From assembly GCA_050949565.1 (NCBI GenBank), contig JBMNFY010000008.1, forward strand, positions 288,001 to 352,000: a stretch of DNA of 64,000 bases. The letters run 5' to 3'. Of this stretch, positions 19,090 through 29,529 are shown in pieces. Position 1 is the first letter of the stretch, and each line of letters begins with the position of its first letter. This DNA comes from Kiritimatiellia bacterium. GTDB taxonomy: Bacteria > Verrucomicrobiota > Kiritimatiellia > RFP12 > UBA1067. The translations under genes were made by a program, and so were the position numbers. The notes under the pieces were generated by a model. The model ran no database searches, was not told the DNA's origin, and saw only the letters and a program-made list of their open reading frames with translations.

Positions 19090-19626
19090 CTATTCACTTC
19101 CGGGAGGGAGCGGGACTGTGTTGACCATCAGGCGCACTTGCCGCACACGATTCGCGCCGACGAACGCTTTGACCGCCTTTTCGATCTGCGGCAGATGTGT
19201 GCGACGGAGTTCGAACAGTTTGATCGAGGAGGTCACGTAAACGAAGAGGATGCCGTTCTCCCACTTGCCGGGACGCGCCACGCGCGCCACTTCGGGTGGC
19301 ACCAGCGTGGGCCACGCACGATTTAAATCATCCAGCCAGGGCGTCTCATTGATCTTTAGTTGCTTGAGTACCTGCTCGATCATCGCTGCAAACGGTGTGG
19401 GTTCTATGCGCGTCTCGGGTGGGTCGGCATCGATCGGCAGCCCGGGTATCGCGCGCCGGAATAGTTCGCCCACCCGGCGGTTACGTTCTTTGTCGCGCGA
19501 CGTAAGCGTACGACGCGCCCCCTTCGGCCGCACCATGAAGTCGGCCTCGTCCGGGGCACTGTCGAACATCCCAGGTTCATCCCCACTTTCGTCGGGCTCT
19601 TTAAACGGAGGTTTGCCTTGTCGCAT
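19090..19626 (-). CDS. DUF721 / DciA-like protein
   Basis: W..LV...VA..ARP..W.NGIL.VYV.SS....EL pattern. Confidence 0.7.
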   Translation of the reverse strand: MRQGKPPFKEPDESGDEPGMFDSAPDEADFMVRPKGARRTLTSRDKERNRRVGELFRRAIPGLPIDADPPETRIEPTPFAAMIEQVLKQLKINETPWLDDLNRAWPTLVPPEVARVARPGKWENGILFVYVTSSIKLFELRRTHLPQIEKAVKAFVGANRVRQVRLMVNTVPLPPGSE

Positions 19627-19668
19627 GCAGAAAGTATATCATACCGTTTTGAAAAAGGAGATTCGCAG

Positions 19669-20865
19669 ATGAAAAAAGGTAACATGCTGATCGCCCAGAG
19701 TGGTGGTCCCTCGATGGTCATCAACCAAAGCTTGGTCGGCGCGGTACTTGCAGCCCGGGACGGCGGCTCCGTCGGAAAGATTTTCGGAGCGCTACACGGT
19801 ATCCAAGGTATCCTTGACGAGCGTTTTATCAACCTGCGCAAAGAGAGCCGTGCCACGCTGGAGGCGGTAGCCCAAACCCCTGGGTCAGCGTTGGGATCGG
19901 TGCGACGCAAACCGACGCCCGAGGATTGCCAGGCCATTTTCAAAGTCTTGCGTAAACTCGATGTCCGCTACTTCTTCTACATTGGCGGTAATGATTCAGC
20001 CGAGACCGTACACATCATCAACGAGGAGGCGGTAAAAGCAGAGTACGGCATCAGTTGCTTCCACATTCCCAAGACCATCGATAACGATCTCCGCGAAAAT
20101 GACCACACGCCAGGCTATGGCAGTGCCGCGCGCTTCGTGGCCTGCGCGGTGAAGGGCGACGATCTGGACAACCGTGCGCTGGGCGGTGTGAAGATCGATG
20201 TCATCATGGGCAGGCACGCGGGATTCCTGACGGCTGCGTCAGCTTTGGCGCGTACGGAGAAGGATGACGGCCCGCATTTGATCTATCTGCCGGAACGCGC
20301 GTTCAGCATGGATCGTTTTGTCAAAGACGTGAAGGCTATGATGAAGCGTCACGGGCGTTGCGTGGTTGCCGTCTCCGAAGGCATCACCGACCGGGCCGGC
20401 ACGCCGATCATCGCGGCCTACACGCAGGAGGTCGATTCGCACGGCAACGTGCAACTCAGCGGCACCGGCGCGTTGGGCGATCTGTTGGCCAAGGTGCTCA
20501 AGGAACAGGCGGGGATCAAGCGGGTGCGCGCCGACACGTTCGGTTACCTGCAGCGTTCCTTCCCCGGCATCGCCTCGGAGACAGACTCGCAGGAAGCGCG
20601 CCAGGTCGGGATCGCCGCCGTCAAGGCTGCGGTCGAAGACCAGATCGCCAGCGGCTCGATCGCCATCAAACGCCGCAAAACGAAGGCATACAAAGTGGAC
20701 TTCGTGGTCGTCCCGTTGCGCAGCGTGGCACGCGAAACACGCCACATGCCGACGGCCTTCATCAATAAAGCAGGCAACGATGTCACACAGGCGTTCGTGG
20801 ACTACGCGCGGCCGCTGGTCGGCCCGTTGCCTGTCTGCACGCGCTTCGCGCAACTTCGCGCGTAA
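19669..20865 (+). CDS. pfp: Phosphofructokinase, probably PPi-dependent
   Basis: AQSGGP, GGND (Asp at the specificity position), PKTIDND, MGRHAG, FGYLQR. Confidence 0.85.
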   Translation: MKKGNMLIAQSGGPSMVINQSLVGAVLAARDGGSVGKIFGALHGIQGILDERFINLRKESRATLEAVAQTPGSALGSVRRKPTPEDCQAIFKVLRKLDVRYFFYIGGNDSAETVHIINEEAVKAEYGISCFHIPKTIDNDLRENDHTPGYGSAARFVACAVKGDDLDNRALGGVKIDVIMGRHAGFLTAASALARTEKDDGPHLIYLPERAFSMDRFVKDVKAMMKRHGRCVVAVSEGITDRAGTPIIAAYTQEVDSHGNVQLSGTGALGDLLAKVLKEQAGIKRVRADTFGYLQRSFPGIASETDSQEARQVGIAAVKAAVEDQIASGSIAIKRRKTKAYKVDFVVVPLRSVARETRHMPTAFINKAGNDVTQAFVDYARPLVGPLPVCTRFAQLRA

Positions 20866-20882
20866 CCCGGAGGGAAAGCCGC

Positions 20883-21347
20883 ATGGACGTGATCGATAAC
20901 TTATCGCTCGATCCCGCGACGGGAGATGAAACCCTGTCGCGCACGGAATTGCAGATCGAGCAAGAGAAGCTCAAGCTCGAGCGCGAGCGTATTCTGCTCG
21001 AGCGCGAGCGTTTGGAAGCTGTTCGCGAACGTGTGCAGGCGCAGAAGGGCCTGCACACCGATCAGAATGGACGACTCGCCGTGAAGCTTTCGACGCTGGT
21101 TCTGGTTTCGATCATCTGCACGCTGGTCGGTGGCATCTTGGGCGCGTTCTCCACCTCGACGCATCTGGACCGGCGCAACACCGCGCGCCTGCAAGAGGTG
21201 ATGCAGACTTTGGCCGCCACCTCACCCACCACCATCGATGTGACCACCAACACCACTGAAACCACCGCCTCGGAAATGCCGCCTTGGCTGAAGGCCATGA
21301 AGCCCAAGGGGGCGCACTCCGGCATTTCGCTGGTCGTGATCCAATGA
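20883..21347 (+). CDS. Hypothetical coiled-coil single-TM protein
   Basis: ERE-rich coiled coil, one TM segment, Thr-rich tail; tight operon spacing. Confidence 0.7.
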   Translation: MDVIDNLSLDPATGDETLSRTELQIEQEKLKLERERILLERERLEAVRERVQAQKGLHTDQNGRLAVKLSTLVLVSIICTLVGGILGAFSTSTHLDRRNTARLQEVMQTLAATSPTTIDVTTNTTETTASEMPPWLKAMKPKGAHSGISLVVIQ

Positions 21348-21362
21348 GAAATGGGAGGGGCA

Positions 21363-22718
21363 ATGTCTTTTTTCAAAGCCTATGACATGCGCGGCGAGTT
21401 CGAACGGGACTTTGATCTCGACACTGTCTATCGTATCGGACGCTGGTTGCCGCATGTGCTGGACGCACGGCGCTGGCTGATCGGACGCGATGCGCGCCTC
21501 TCGTCGCCCGCCGTGCGCGACGCGCTGTGCCGCGGTTTGACCGAAGCCGGCTGCACAGTGGATGACATGGGACTAGCTACCACGCCGATGGTCTACTTTT
21601 TCACCGCACGTGAGGGTTACGACGCCTCGGTGCAGATCACGGCCTCGCACAATCCGGCCTCGCACAACGGTATGAAGGTTTCGCGCGCCGGTGCCCGGCC
21701 CGTGGGCTACACGAGCGGTCTCGCCGAGGTGGAGGCGAAGGTCGCGTCCGGCGCACTCCCGCCGACTGCGGCGCAACCGGGTGCCCGGCACGAAGTTGAC
21801 TACTGCGATGCTTTTATCGAATGGATGTCGGCTTTCCGCGCCGACCTGAGCGGTCTGCGCTATGCGGTCGACTGCTCTGACGGTGTCGTGGGGTTGTTCA
21901 TCCACGATCTGTTGGGTGACGGCCCGATCTATCTCAACGACGTGCCCGACGGCACCTTCCCCCACCACTCGCCGAATCCGCTGGAGGCGGCGAGTCGTGA
22001 ACAGCTCGCCCAAGTGGTGCGCGCGCAACAGCTTGATGTCGGTGTGATCTTTGATGGCGACGCCGACCGCGTGATGTTCGTGGACGAGACCGGTGCCTTT
22101 GTGCAGCCGGACTATCTGATCCCGATCATCGCGCGTACATTCCTTAAGCGAGAACCCGGCGCGACCGTCATCCATGATGTGCGAACCTCGCGCGGCGCGA
22201 TCGAAGCGCTGAAGGCCGACGGCGCGCGCACTGTGATGGGCAAGGTCGGACACGCCTTCGCCAAGGTGCTGTTGCGCGAAACCGGCGCGGTGTGCGGTGG
22301 CGAGTTGGCCGGCCACTACTACTTCCGTGACTTTTTCTGTTGCGATTCCGGCGAGTTGGCCGCCCTGCTGGTGCTGGCGGCTCTGGCCGACGCCAAACGC
22401 CGGGGCGTAAGCTTCAGCGCCCTCATGGCACCGATCTGCCGTTACGCCAATTCCGGCGAGTTGAACTACCGTATCGCCGATAAAGACCGGGCGATCGAAG
22501 CCGTACTCGCGGCCGCTGACGCTTGGAGCGGCGGCGCTGCCCGGTGCGACATCGACGGTGTGCGCCTTGATGACGCCGACGGCTGGTTCAGCGTGCGCAA
22601 ATCAAATACCGAACCCTACCTGCGCCTGATTGTCGAGACGCGGGACGCCGAGCTTTTGCGTGAGCGGCTGGATGTGCTGGAGGCGGCCCTAGCACCCTTT
22701 GTGGACAAAAATATGTGA
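21363..22718 (+). CDS. Phosphomannomutase/phosphoglucomutase
   Basis: FKAYDMRG, TASHNP, FDGDADR, GELAGH, RKSNTEP; GGAGG RBS before ATG 21363. Confidence 0.92.
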   Translation: MSFFKAYDMRGEFERDFDLDTVYRIGRWLPHVLDARRWLIGRDARLSSPAVRDALCRGLTEAGCTVDDMGLATTPMVYFFTAREGYDASVQITASHNPASHNGMKVSRAGARPVGYTSGLAEVEAKVASGALPPTAAQPGARHEVDYCDAFIEWMSAFRADLSGLRYAVDCSDGVVGLFIHDLLGDGPIYLNDVPDGTFPHHSPNPLEAASREQLAQVVRAQQLDVGVIFDGDADRVMFVDETGAFVQPDYLIPIIARTFLKREPGATVIHDVRTSRGAIEALKADGARTVMGKVGHAFAKVLLRETGAVCGGELAGHYYFRDFFCCDSGELAALLVLAALADAKRRGVSFSALMAPICRYANSGELNYRIADKDRAIEAVLAAADAWSGGAARCDIDGVRLDDADGWFSVRKSNTEPYLRLIVETRDAELLRERLDVLEAALAPFVDKNM

Positions 22719-22724
22719 GGAACG

Positions 22725-23453
22725 ATGCTGGATGTTGCCCATATCTCTTTCGCTTACGGCACACGCCCGATCCTGAAGGACATCACGTTTGACGTGGCGC
22801 CCGGCGAAATCGTCGCGCTGACCGGTCCCAATGGCGCGGGCAAGACGACGCTCCTGAAAGTCTTGGCATGCCTCCTGATGCAGGACGCTGGCACTGTGCA
22901 CCTGCATGGGGTCGATACGTTGCAGCGGCCCATCAAATATCGCCGTACCATCGGTTACCTGTCTGCGCATAACCCGCTCTACAATGACATGACTGTGGAG
23001 GAGTATCTGACCTACCGCGTGCGCTTGAAGGGCGAACGCGCTATGCGCGTGCGACGGCGCATCAACGAGGCTCTGTCTGCGAGTGGCCTTACCGACGTAC
23101 GCGATACACGTATTGGCCTGCTTTCCCACGGGTATCGCAAGCGCGTTGGTCTGGCGGATGCCCTGAGCACATTTCCCAAGCTGTTACTGCTGGATGATCT
23201 CTTGGCCGGACTTGACCGCCCCCAGCGTGCGGCATGTGGCGCGGCGCTGTCGGCCGCTTCGTTGCGCGCGGCGGTGATTGCGACAGGCCATGAACTCGAT
23301 GAAATGCTGAACTGGTGTACACGCGTGATCGTGCTGAACCGCGGCCGTATTGCAGCCATGTTCCGCACCAGTGATTTTGACCGAGCCGAATTGATTGAGC
23401 AGGTTGACAAGCTCCTGGCTGACCCGGACGACGCACAGGAGGTCTCAGCATGA
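22725..23453 (+). CDS. ABC ATPase (GldA-like), atypical Walker B
   Basis: GPNGAGKTT, LSHGYRKRVGLA, LLLLDD. Confidence 0.85.
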   Translation: MLDVAHISFAYGTRPILKDITFDVAPGEIVALTGPNGAGKTTLLKVLACLLMQDAGTVHLHGVDTLQRPIKYRRTIGYLSAHNPLYNDMTVEEYLTYRVRLKGERAMRVRRRINEALSASGLTDVRDTRIGLLSHGYRKRVGLADALSTFPKLLLLDDLLAGLDRPQRAACGAALSAASLRAAVIATGHELDEMLNWCTRVIVLNRGRIAAMFRTSDFDRAELIEQVDKLLADPDDAQEVSA

Positions 23454-24193
23454 AGGCAATCCGAGTGATCTGGCTACGTGAGGTCCGCGCCTTCCGGGGA
23501 GCTTTTTCCTGCGGTGTGCCGATGGTAGCGTTTCTGGTGGTCTATGGCTGGACGTTTGTCATGATGCTGCGCAACAACGAAGGCAGCGTGTTGCAGATCC
23601 AGAGTGTCTGGGGACTGTCGGTCGCGCCTTGGCTGCCAATCCTGTGTGCCGTGCTCACCATGCGCCTTTTCGCCGAAGAGCGTGCGACCGGCATGATCGA
23701 CCTGTTGATGTCCGCGCCAATCCGAGAGCGTGACCTCGTCCTCGGCAAGTTCTTCTCCGCCATGACGGCCGTCGTCGTGACGTTGGGCTTGTCGCTGCTA
23801 GTTCCAGCGCTGCTCTTGCCGGCGTTAGCCGGGCCTCAGCTTGCGCGGCCCAGCGCCGCAGCGATCGCCGCGACCAGCCTGATCCTGTTGTTACAAGCCT
23901 CGACCTGGTGCGCAGCGGGCACGATGATCTCAGTGCTTTTCCGTAATCAGGCGGCAGCCGCCGTCAGTTCGCTGGTCGTGTGCAGCGCCCTGCCGATTGC
24001 CGTGTATGCGGCGATTCTCGCCTGGTTGCCCGGCGTGCGCACCTCCGTGGCGTGGATGCCGCTGCTGATGCATGTGCATGATTTTTCGACCGGGCTTTTT
24101 ACGACATCCGTTATTATGCTGTATGTCGCAACGGCCCTCTTCTTCCTGTTCGCCTGTTCCAAACTGCTGGCGCTGTTGCGTCTGCGGGGATGA
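23450..24193 (+). CDS. ABC-2 permease (GldF-like)
   Basis: LTMRLFAEERATGMIDLLMSAP...VLGKF motif, about 6 TM. Confidence 0.85.
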   Translation: MKAIRVIWLREVRAFRGAFSCGVPMVAFLVVYGWTFVMMLRNNEGSVLQIQSVWGLSVAPWLPILCAVLTMRLFAEERATGMIDLLMSAPIRERDLVLGKFFSAMTAVVVTLGLSLLVPALLLPALAGPQLARPSAAAIAATSLILLLQASTWCAAGTMISVLFRNQAAAAVSSLVVCSALPIAVYAAILAWLPGVRTSVAWMPLLMHVHDFSTGLFTTSVIMLYVATALFFLFACSKLLALLRLRG

Positions 24194-24197
24194 TGCC

Positions 24198-25700
24198 GTG
24201 AAAAAAGAACCCACTCCCGATAAGACACCGAAATCAGGACGACGCGCCTTGCAGAATTCCACGTTGCTGGCCATTGTGCTGGGCGGCGTACTCTGCGTTT
24301 TGGTCGTAGCACTGGGCTACTACACAGCGTTGACGTGGGAGGTCAATGTCGGCAAGGTCACGCAAGTTTCGGCGCGTACGCGCGACATTTTGGCCGACAC
24401 GCAAGGGTCGATCCGCATCACCTGTTTCATGGATCGCCGACACCCGATGTTCAGACCGGTCTCGCGCCTGTTGCGCGGTTTGCGGCAAGCCTCGCGCAGC
24501 GTGGCCGGTGCCGACATCGTGATCCAGTACGTTGATCCCCGCTGGGATCTGGCACGGGCGGGACAGCTCGCGGCGCAGAAGGTGCCGGAAAATGCCTTAC
24601 TGCTGGAACGCCAGCGTCGCCGGTTGGTCGTGACACTTGACGAGATGATCGCACAGCGTTCCCTGTTGCGCACGCGCGAAGAACTCAACGCGCGTAACCA
24701 CCGTGAACTGGGTGTGTTCCGTGGTGAAAGTGTATGCGCGGCAGCGATCGCACGCTTAGCTCTGCCTTTCGAAAGGGCAATTGTCTACTGGATACAAGGG
24801 CATGGCGAGGTGCGCTTTGATGATTACGATGAGCTGCATGGTTTTTCGGACATTGCCCGTGAACTGAATCGCGGCGGCTTTGACCTTAAGCCTCTCACGT
24901 TGCCTGGACTCAACCGCATTCCCGATGATTGCCACGTCTTAGTCATCGCCGGTGCGCGCTATGCGCTGAATGCGGAGGAGATCGCGCTGCTTGACGGTTT
25001 CCTGCAGAATGGTGGACGGCTGCTCTATCTGGCTGCCCCTCATGTCACAACTGGCATAGAAGACGTGCTGGCCAAATGGGGCGTCAAGTTGCTGCCGCTT
25101 TTTGCTGTCGGTCCGCAGACGCTCTCCGGTCAGGAGGTCGTGCTTTCGAACTTCGCCGACCACGTCATTACGCGCGAACTCAAGAACGCCTCCCTGGTCT
25201 TCAATAACGCCCGTTGCATCCAAACGCTGAACGAAACCTCTGCACCGACCGGCGCGGATCGGCCCAAGGTCACCCTGCTCGCCTCGACCGATGCCGACGG
25301 GTGGGGTGAAAGCCACCCCCATGTCTTCCCGCGTCAATTCGATCCGCAAACCGAGCTGCCGGGACCGGTAGCAGTGGCAGCCGTCTCCGAACGCGGCGGC
25401 AGTGTCGCCAAGGATGTGGCGTTCCGTCCGACACGCCTGTGCGTGATCGGCGAGACCGATTTTGTCATGAACGGCATGCTGGCCTCGCGCGCCAGCGCTA
25501 ACCGTGATTTTTTTGTGAACGCCATGGCTTGGCTGGCCGGCATCGACATGGGGTCGGCCCCCTCGCTAGGCGGCGATGCCACACTGGTGACCGGCTTTAC
25601 GCGACGCGAGTGGGTTCTCTTTATGGTGGGTGCCGCAGGCGTCATACCACTCTGTGTCTTCCTTGTGTTCTGTCTGACGTCTAGGCGGTCGAGGCGGTAG
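24198..25700 (+). CDS. GldG-family ABC auxiliary protein
   Basis: N- and C-terminal TM; YVDP, GHGE, VLVIAG, FLQNGGRLL, NRDFFVNAMAWL; GTG start inferred. Confidence 0.8.
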   Translation: MKKEPTPDKTPKSGRRALQNSTLLAIVLGGVLCVLVVALGYYTALTWEVNVGKVTQVSARTRDILADTQGSIRITCFMDRRHPMFRPVSRLLRGLRQASRSVAGADIVIQYVDPRWDLARAGQLAAQKVPENALLLERQRRRLVVTLDEMIAQRSLLRTREELNARNHRELGVFRGESVCAAAIARLALPFERAIVYWIQGHGEVRFDDYDELHGFSDIARELNRGGFDLKPLTLPGLNRIPDDCHVLVIAGARYALNAEEIALLDGFLQNGGRLLYLAAPHVTTGIEDVLAKWGVKLLPLFAVGPQTLSGQEVVLSNFADHVITRELKNASLVFNNARCIQTLNETSAPTGADRPKVTLLASTDADGWGESHPHVFPRQFDPQTELPGPVAVAAVSERGGSVAKDVAFRPTRLCVIGETDFVMNGMLASRASANRDFFVNAMAWLAGIDMGSAPSLGGDATLVTGFTRREWVLFMVGAAGVIPLCVFLVFCLTSRRSRR

Positions 25701-25709
25701 AAAGCGGAT

Positions 25710-27554
25710 ATGGGTAACCGACGAACCATTCTTTTTTTATTGGCAGCCATCGCGGCTTGCGCGTTGCTGCTATGGGGGCTGCATGTAAGGCGGCAAACCT
25801 TCGGCACAGAGGAAAGTGTCCGTTCGCGTGTGGTCGATGAGGCTTTGGGTCGTGTGACGCGTCTGACCATCGACCGCGGCGAAGCACGGATGAGCGTCGA
25901 GTTGGTGGACGGACGCTGGCACATGACCGCACCCTTTCCTGCGCAGATTGAGCAAGGCACCGTGGCGCAACTGCTCGATGCGTTTGAATCGGCGCGGGTC
26001 AAGGATGCCATTGCGTTTCAGGAACTCCGCAAGCGCGAACTTTCTATGCGTGATTTCGGTCTGGTGCCGCCCCGCGTCCATGTGACGCTGGAAGGTATGC
26101 AGCGCAGTGAATCATTCCTGTTAGGCGCCCTCACCCCACTCGGCAACGAACTCTACCTGCGCGTTGAGGGCTCCGACCAAGTTTTGGTCGTGCCGGCCGC
26201 ACTGCTCGATGCGATCCCGCATACCGCCGACGATCTCCGTTCGCGCAAATTGCTGAGCGGCGTCCGCAGCGCAGTCCGCGCGCTCGAAGTGCGTGCGCCC
26301 GGCCGCCCCTTCATCACGCTGTCAAAAGAGACGGGCACCTGGCGACTGGTTCAACCGACGGAGGCAGCGGCGGATGATGAACGGATCGACACGCTTCTCG
26401 ACACGCTTTACGGAGCAAGGCTCACACATTTTGTCTGGCCCACAGTCTCAAACATCCTGGATGTCACCGTAACCGATTCCGCGCTTAAAACACGGATGGG
26501 GCTTTACGGATTGGGGCCTGATTCCGGAATCCAAATCAATGTGCAGGAGAACGGTGATACGACGCCCGAAAAAATCACCCTGGGGCACACGCTCGACGGT
26601 GCCGCATCGCTCTGCTATGTGCTCTTGCCGGGTGGCGGGGCAATCGGCGCAGTCTCAAACACCGTGGCCGATGCCTTCAAGTTGTCCGTCGCAAACTTGC
26701 GCGATCCGCGCCCCTTCTTCGGGTCTGCCGCAGGCGTGCGGCGCTTGCAGGTTCAACTGGGCGATGCGCTATTTGTATTGACCCAAACCAATGGTCTTTG
26801 GCGGTTTGAGGCACCGGTCTCAGACAAGGCGGATCAGCCTGCTGTACGTGATACGGTCGAACGGTTATTGCGGTTGAGGGCCGACGCCATCTTCGAGAAT
26901 GGGGACGACACCCGAACCGCGACGCATGAACGCTCCCTGCCGATCAGTCACGTCGAACTGACTGCAGAGCAAGGCGCGTGGCGTTTTATGGTTGCCCCCG
27001 GCAATCTGGAAGGCACCGCTTTTGATCTGGTCTTCACAAACGCGCCGACGGTCTACCGGATCGCATCCAGTAATCTGCCGCCGGCTCTTGTCAATATGGC
27101 CGGTTTGTTCAGCCTGCGCGACAAGAATGTGTTGAACCTGCCACGCGCCAGCGTACGGCGGATTACGGTCATACATGAAGGGACGCCCGCCACAGTCGTG
27201 GAGCGCGAAAACAGCGAGACGCTGTGGCATCTGGGCGAAGGAACAGCCGGACGCATCGTCGACGAGCGGTTGCACGCGCTGCTTGTCTGCGTCGAAAACC
27301 TGCGAGCCGATCGCATTGAAGGCGTGGGCCTAGAGCCTGAACGTCTCGCCGCTTGCGGTCTTCGCGAGCCTTGGCTGGAGATCAGCATCGACGTTGACGC
27401 GCGGGATGCTGTGCGCAAAACGCTCCGGATCGGGCGCGAGGCCGGTTTCGGCAAACGCTATGCGGCCGTACGCGGACTAGACGTATTGTTCGTACTTGAT
27501 CGGCCATCGCTGGATATTTTGACCGCCCGTATCGTGGAGCCACTCACGCCATGA
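25710..27554 (+). CDS. DUF4340-repeat protein
   Basis: N-terminal anchor; repeated W....P...A/D and (F/Y/C)GL..P modules; follows GldG. Confidence 0.75.
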   Translation: MGNRRTILFLLAAIAACALLLWGLHVRRQTFGTEESVRSRVVDEALGRVTRLTIDRGEARMSVELVDGRWHMTAPFPAQIEQGTVAQLLDAFESARVKDAIAFQELRKRELSMRDFGLVPPRVHVTLEGMQRSESFLLGALTPLGNELYLRVEGSDQVLVVPAALLDAIPHTADDLRSRKLLSGVRSAVRALEVRAPGRPFITLSKETGTWRLVQPTEAAADDERIDTLLDTLYGARLTHFVWPTVSNILDVTVTDSALKTRMGLYGLGPDSGIQINVQENGDTTPEKITLGHTLDGAASLCYVLLPGGGAIGAVSNTVADAFKLSVANLRDPRPFFGSAAGVRRLQVQLGDALFVLTQTNGLWRFEAPVSDKADQPAVRDTVERLLRLRADAIFENGDDTRTATHERSLPISHVELTAEQGAWRFMVAPGNLEGTAFDLVFTNAPTVYRIASSNLPPALVNMAGLFSLRDKNVLNLPRASVRRITVIHEGTPATVVERENSETLWHLGEGTAGRIVDERLHALLVCVENLRADRIEGVGLEPERLAACGLREPWLEISIDVDARDAVRKTLRIGREAGFGKRYAAVRGLDVLFVLDRPSLDILTARIVEPLTP

Positions 27555-28258
27555 GCGGCGCGCGTCTGCACACGCCAGCGCCCCAAGCCCCGTTGATCGA
27601 ACTGCGCGGGCTGAGCAAAACGTACGAAGCCGGTGGCACGCAGATTTTCGCGTTGCGCCCCACTGATCTCATCGTGAAGCACGGTGCGTTTTTGACCGTG
27701 ATGGGACCGTCTGGCTCGGGAAAGTCGACCCTGCTCAATCTCTTCGGTCTGCTGATGCGTCCCACCTCCGGCACCTACCTGCTTGAAGGCCGCGCGGTGT
27801 CGGGACTGAATGACGACGCCACATCGGCGGTTCGCTGCAAAATGATCGGCATGGTGTTTCAGTCGTTCAACCTGTTGTCGCACCTGACGATCCTTGAGAA
27901 CGTCTGTGTACCGATGCAGTATGCGGGTGTTCCGCGCGCGACCATGCGCCAGCGGGCCAAGGCGCTGCTGGACCGTTTCGGACTGGAAGGCCGTTACGGC
28001 TCGCGCCCCACCCAGCTCTCGGGCGGCCAATGCCAGCGCGTCGCCATCGCGCGCGCGCTCGCCAACGACCCGCCGGTCATCCTTGCCGACGAACCCACCG
28101 GCAATCTTGACGAAAAGACCGGCCTGGAGGTACTGAGCATTTTTCAGGAGTTGCACCGCAGCGGCAAGACCATCATCATGGTGACGCACAACCCGGCCTA
28201 CCGTACCTATGCTACGCAAGCTGTCACGATCCATGACGGGAGGGCCAGCGAAGCATGA
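27551..28258 (+). CDS. ABC ATPase, MacB/LolD type
   Basis: [41 protein letters not shown]. Confidence 0.92.
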   Translation: MSGARLHTPAPQAPLIELRGLSKTYEAGGTQIFALRPTDLIVKHGAFLTVMGPSGSGKSTLLNLFGLLMRPTSGTYLLEGRAVSGLNDDATSAVRCKMIGMVFQSFNLLSHLTILENVCVPMQYAGVPRATMRQRAKALLDRFGLEGRYGSRPTQLSGGQCQRVAIARALANDPPVILADEPTGNLDEKTGLEVLSIFQELHRSGKTIIMVTHNPAYRTYATQAVTIHDGRASEA

Positions 28259-29529
28259 ACCTGCTGGAAATGGCCCGGACTGTCTATGCGAGTCTGACGC
28301 GGCATCTGGTACGATCGCTGTTGGCCACACTCGGCATTGTGCTGGGTATCGCCGCAGTCGTGGCTATGTTGGCCATCGGTGAGGGCGGACGACGCGAAGC
28401 CCTGCATCAGATCGAATCGCAGGGTGTCGACAACATCATCCTGCGTTCGGTGAAGCCGGCTGAAGGCAACGTGACGCAGACGACCCGTTCGTACACCCAG
28501 CGCTACGGCATCACGCAGCGCGATGTCGAGCACATCGCCGCCGTTTTCGAAAATGTGCGCCTGCTCGTGCCAGTCATGGAAGTGCGGCGGGAAATCTTTC
28601 TGGGACAGGCATCCACCGACATCAAAGCCATCGCGACCACGCCAGACTTTCTGGAGGTGACGCGCTGTCGGCTGGTGGACAGACGCAGCCGCTTTTTGGC
28701 GCCGACCGACGGCAAAATCCTTGACCCGATCTGCGTGGTCGGCGTCAAGGCCGCGCGTCGACTCTTCGGCCACCGCGATCCCATCGGCCAAACCATTGCC
28801 ATCGGCAACGCCTCCTTCCGCGTGGTGGGATTGATGGAGAGTCCGGGGGGCGGTCGCATCGGCGGGCAACTCGAACTCAACAACATCGTCTGCATGCCGT
28901 TGGAGACGGCCACGTCTCTCTGGGGCGGCATCACTGTCCGGATGGGGCGCGGCATGGCGGAGCGGGTGGATTACGATTACCTCTATCTCGCGGCAAAAAA
29001 CGTCAATGCGATTCCCAGCACAGCCGGCCGACTGCGCACCTACCTGCGCGAGACACATGCGCAAGTCGACTACGAGGTGCAAGTCCCTTACGAGCTACTG
29101 CAAAGCGCGCAGCGCACGCAACGCATCTTCACCGTGGTGATGACATCAATCGCCGCGATCTCCCTGCTGGTAGGCGGTATCGGCATCATGAATATCATGC
29201 TCGCCAACATCTTCGAGCGGACGCGCGAGATCGGTGTGCGGCGTGCGCTGGGCGCACGCAAGCGCGACATCCTCTGGCAGTTCCTCGCCGAGTCGGTGCT
29301 GCTGACCTCCATCGGCGGCGGGCTCGGTGCCGGACTGGGTATTGCGACCGCCGCTGCCGCCGAATGGATTTCACGCATGGGCGGCGAAACCGGTCTCAAG
29401 GCCGTGGTGACCTCCGAATCGCTGATTGTCGCGCTGGCGGTCTCCGTCATCACGGGAATCACCTTCGGGACGCACCCGGCATGGAAGGCCGCGCAGCTCG
29501 ATCCTCTCACCGCGCTGCGGCACGAGTAG
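28255..29529 (+). CDS. MacB/FtsX-type ABC permease
   Basis: RSLLATLGIVLG, SLLVGGIGIMNIML..ERTREIGVRRALGA, QFLAES. Confidence 0.92.
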   Translation: MNLLEMARTVYASLTRHLVRSLLATLGIVLGIAAVVAMLAIGEGGRREALHQIESQGVDNIILRSVKPAEGNVTQTTRSYTQRYGITQRDVEHIAAVFENVRLLVPVMEVRREIFLGQASTDIKAIATTPDFLEVTRCRLVDRRSRFLAPTDGKILDPICVVGVKAARRLFGHRDPIGQTIAIGNASFRVVGLMESPGGGRIGGQLELNNIVCMPLETATSLWGGITVRMGRGMAERVDYDYLYLAAKNVNAIPSTAGRLRTYLRETHAQVDYEVQVPYELLQSAQRTQRIFTVVMTSIAAISLLVGGIGIMNIMLANIFERTREIGVRRALGARKRDILWQFLAESVLLTSIGGGLGAGLGIATAAAAEWISRMGGETGLKAVVTSESLIVALAVSVITGITFGTHPAWKAAQLDPLTALRHE

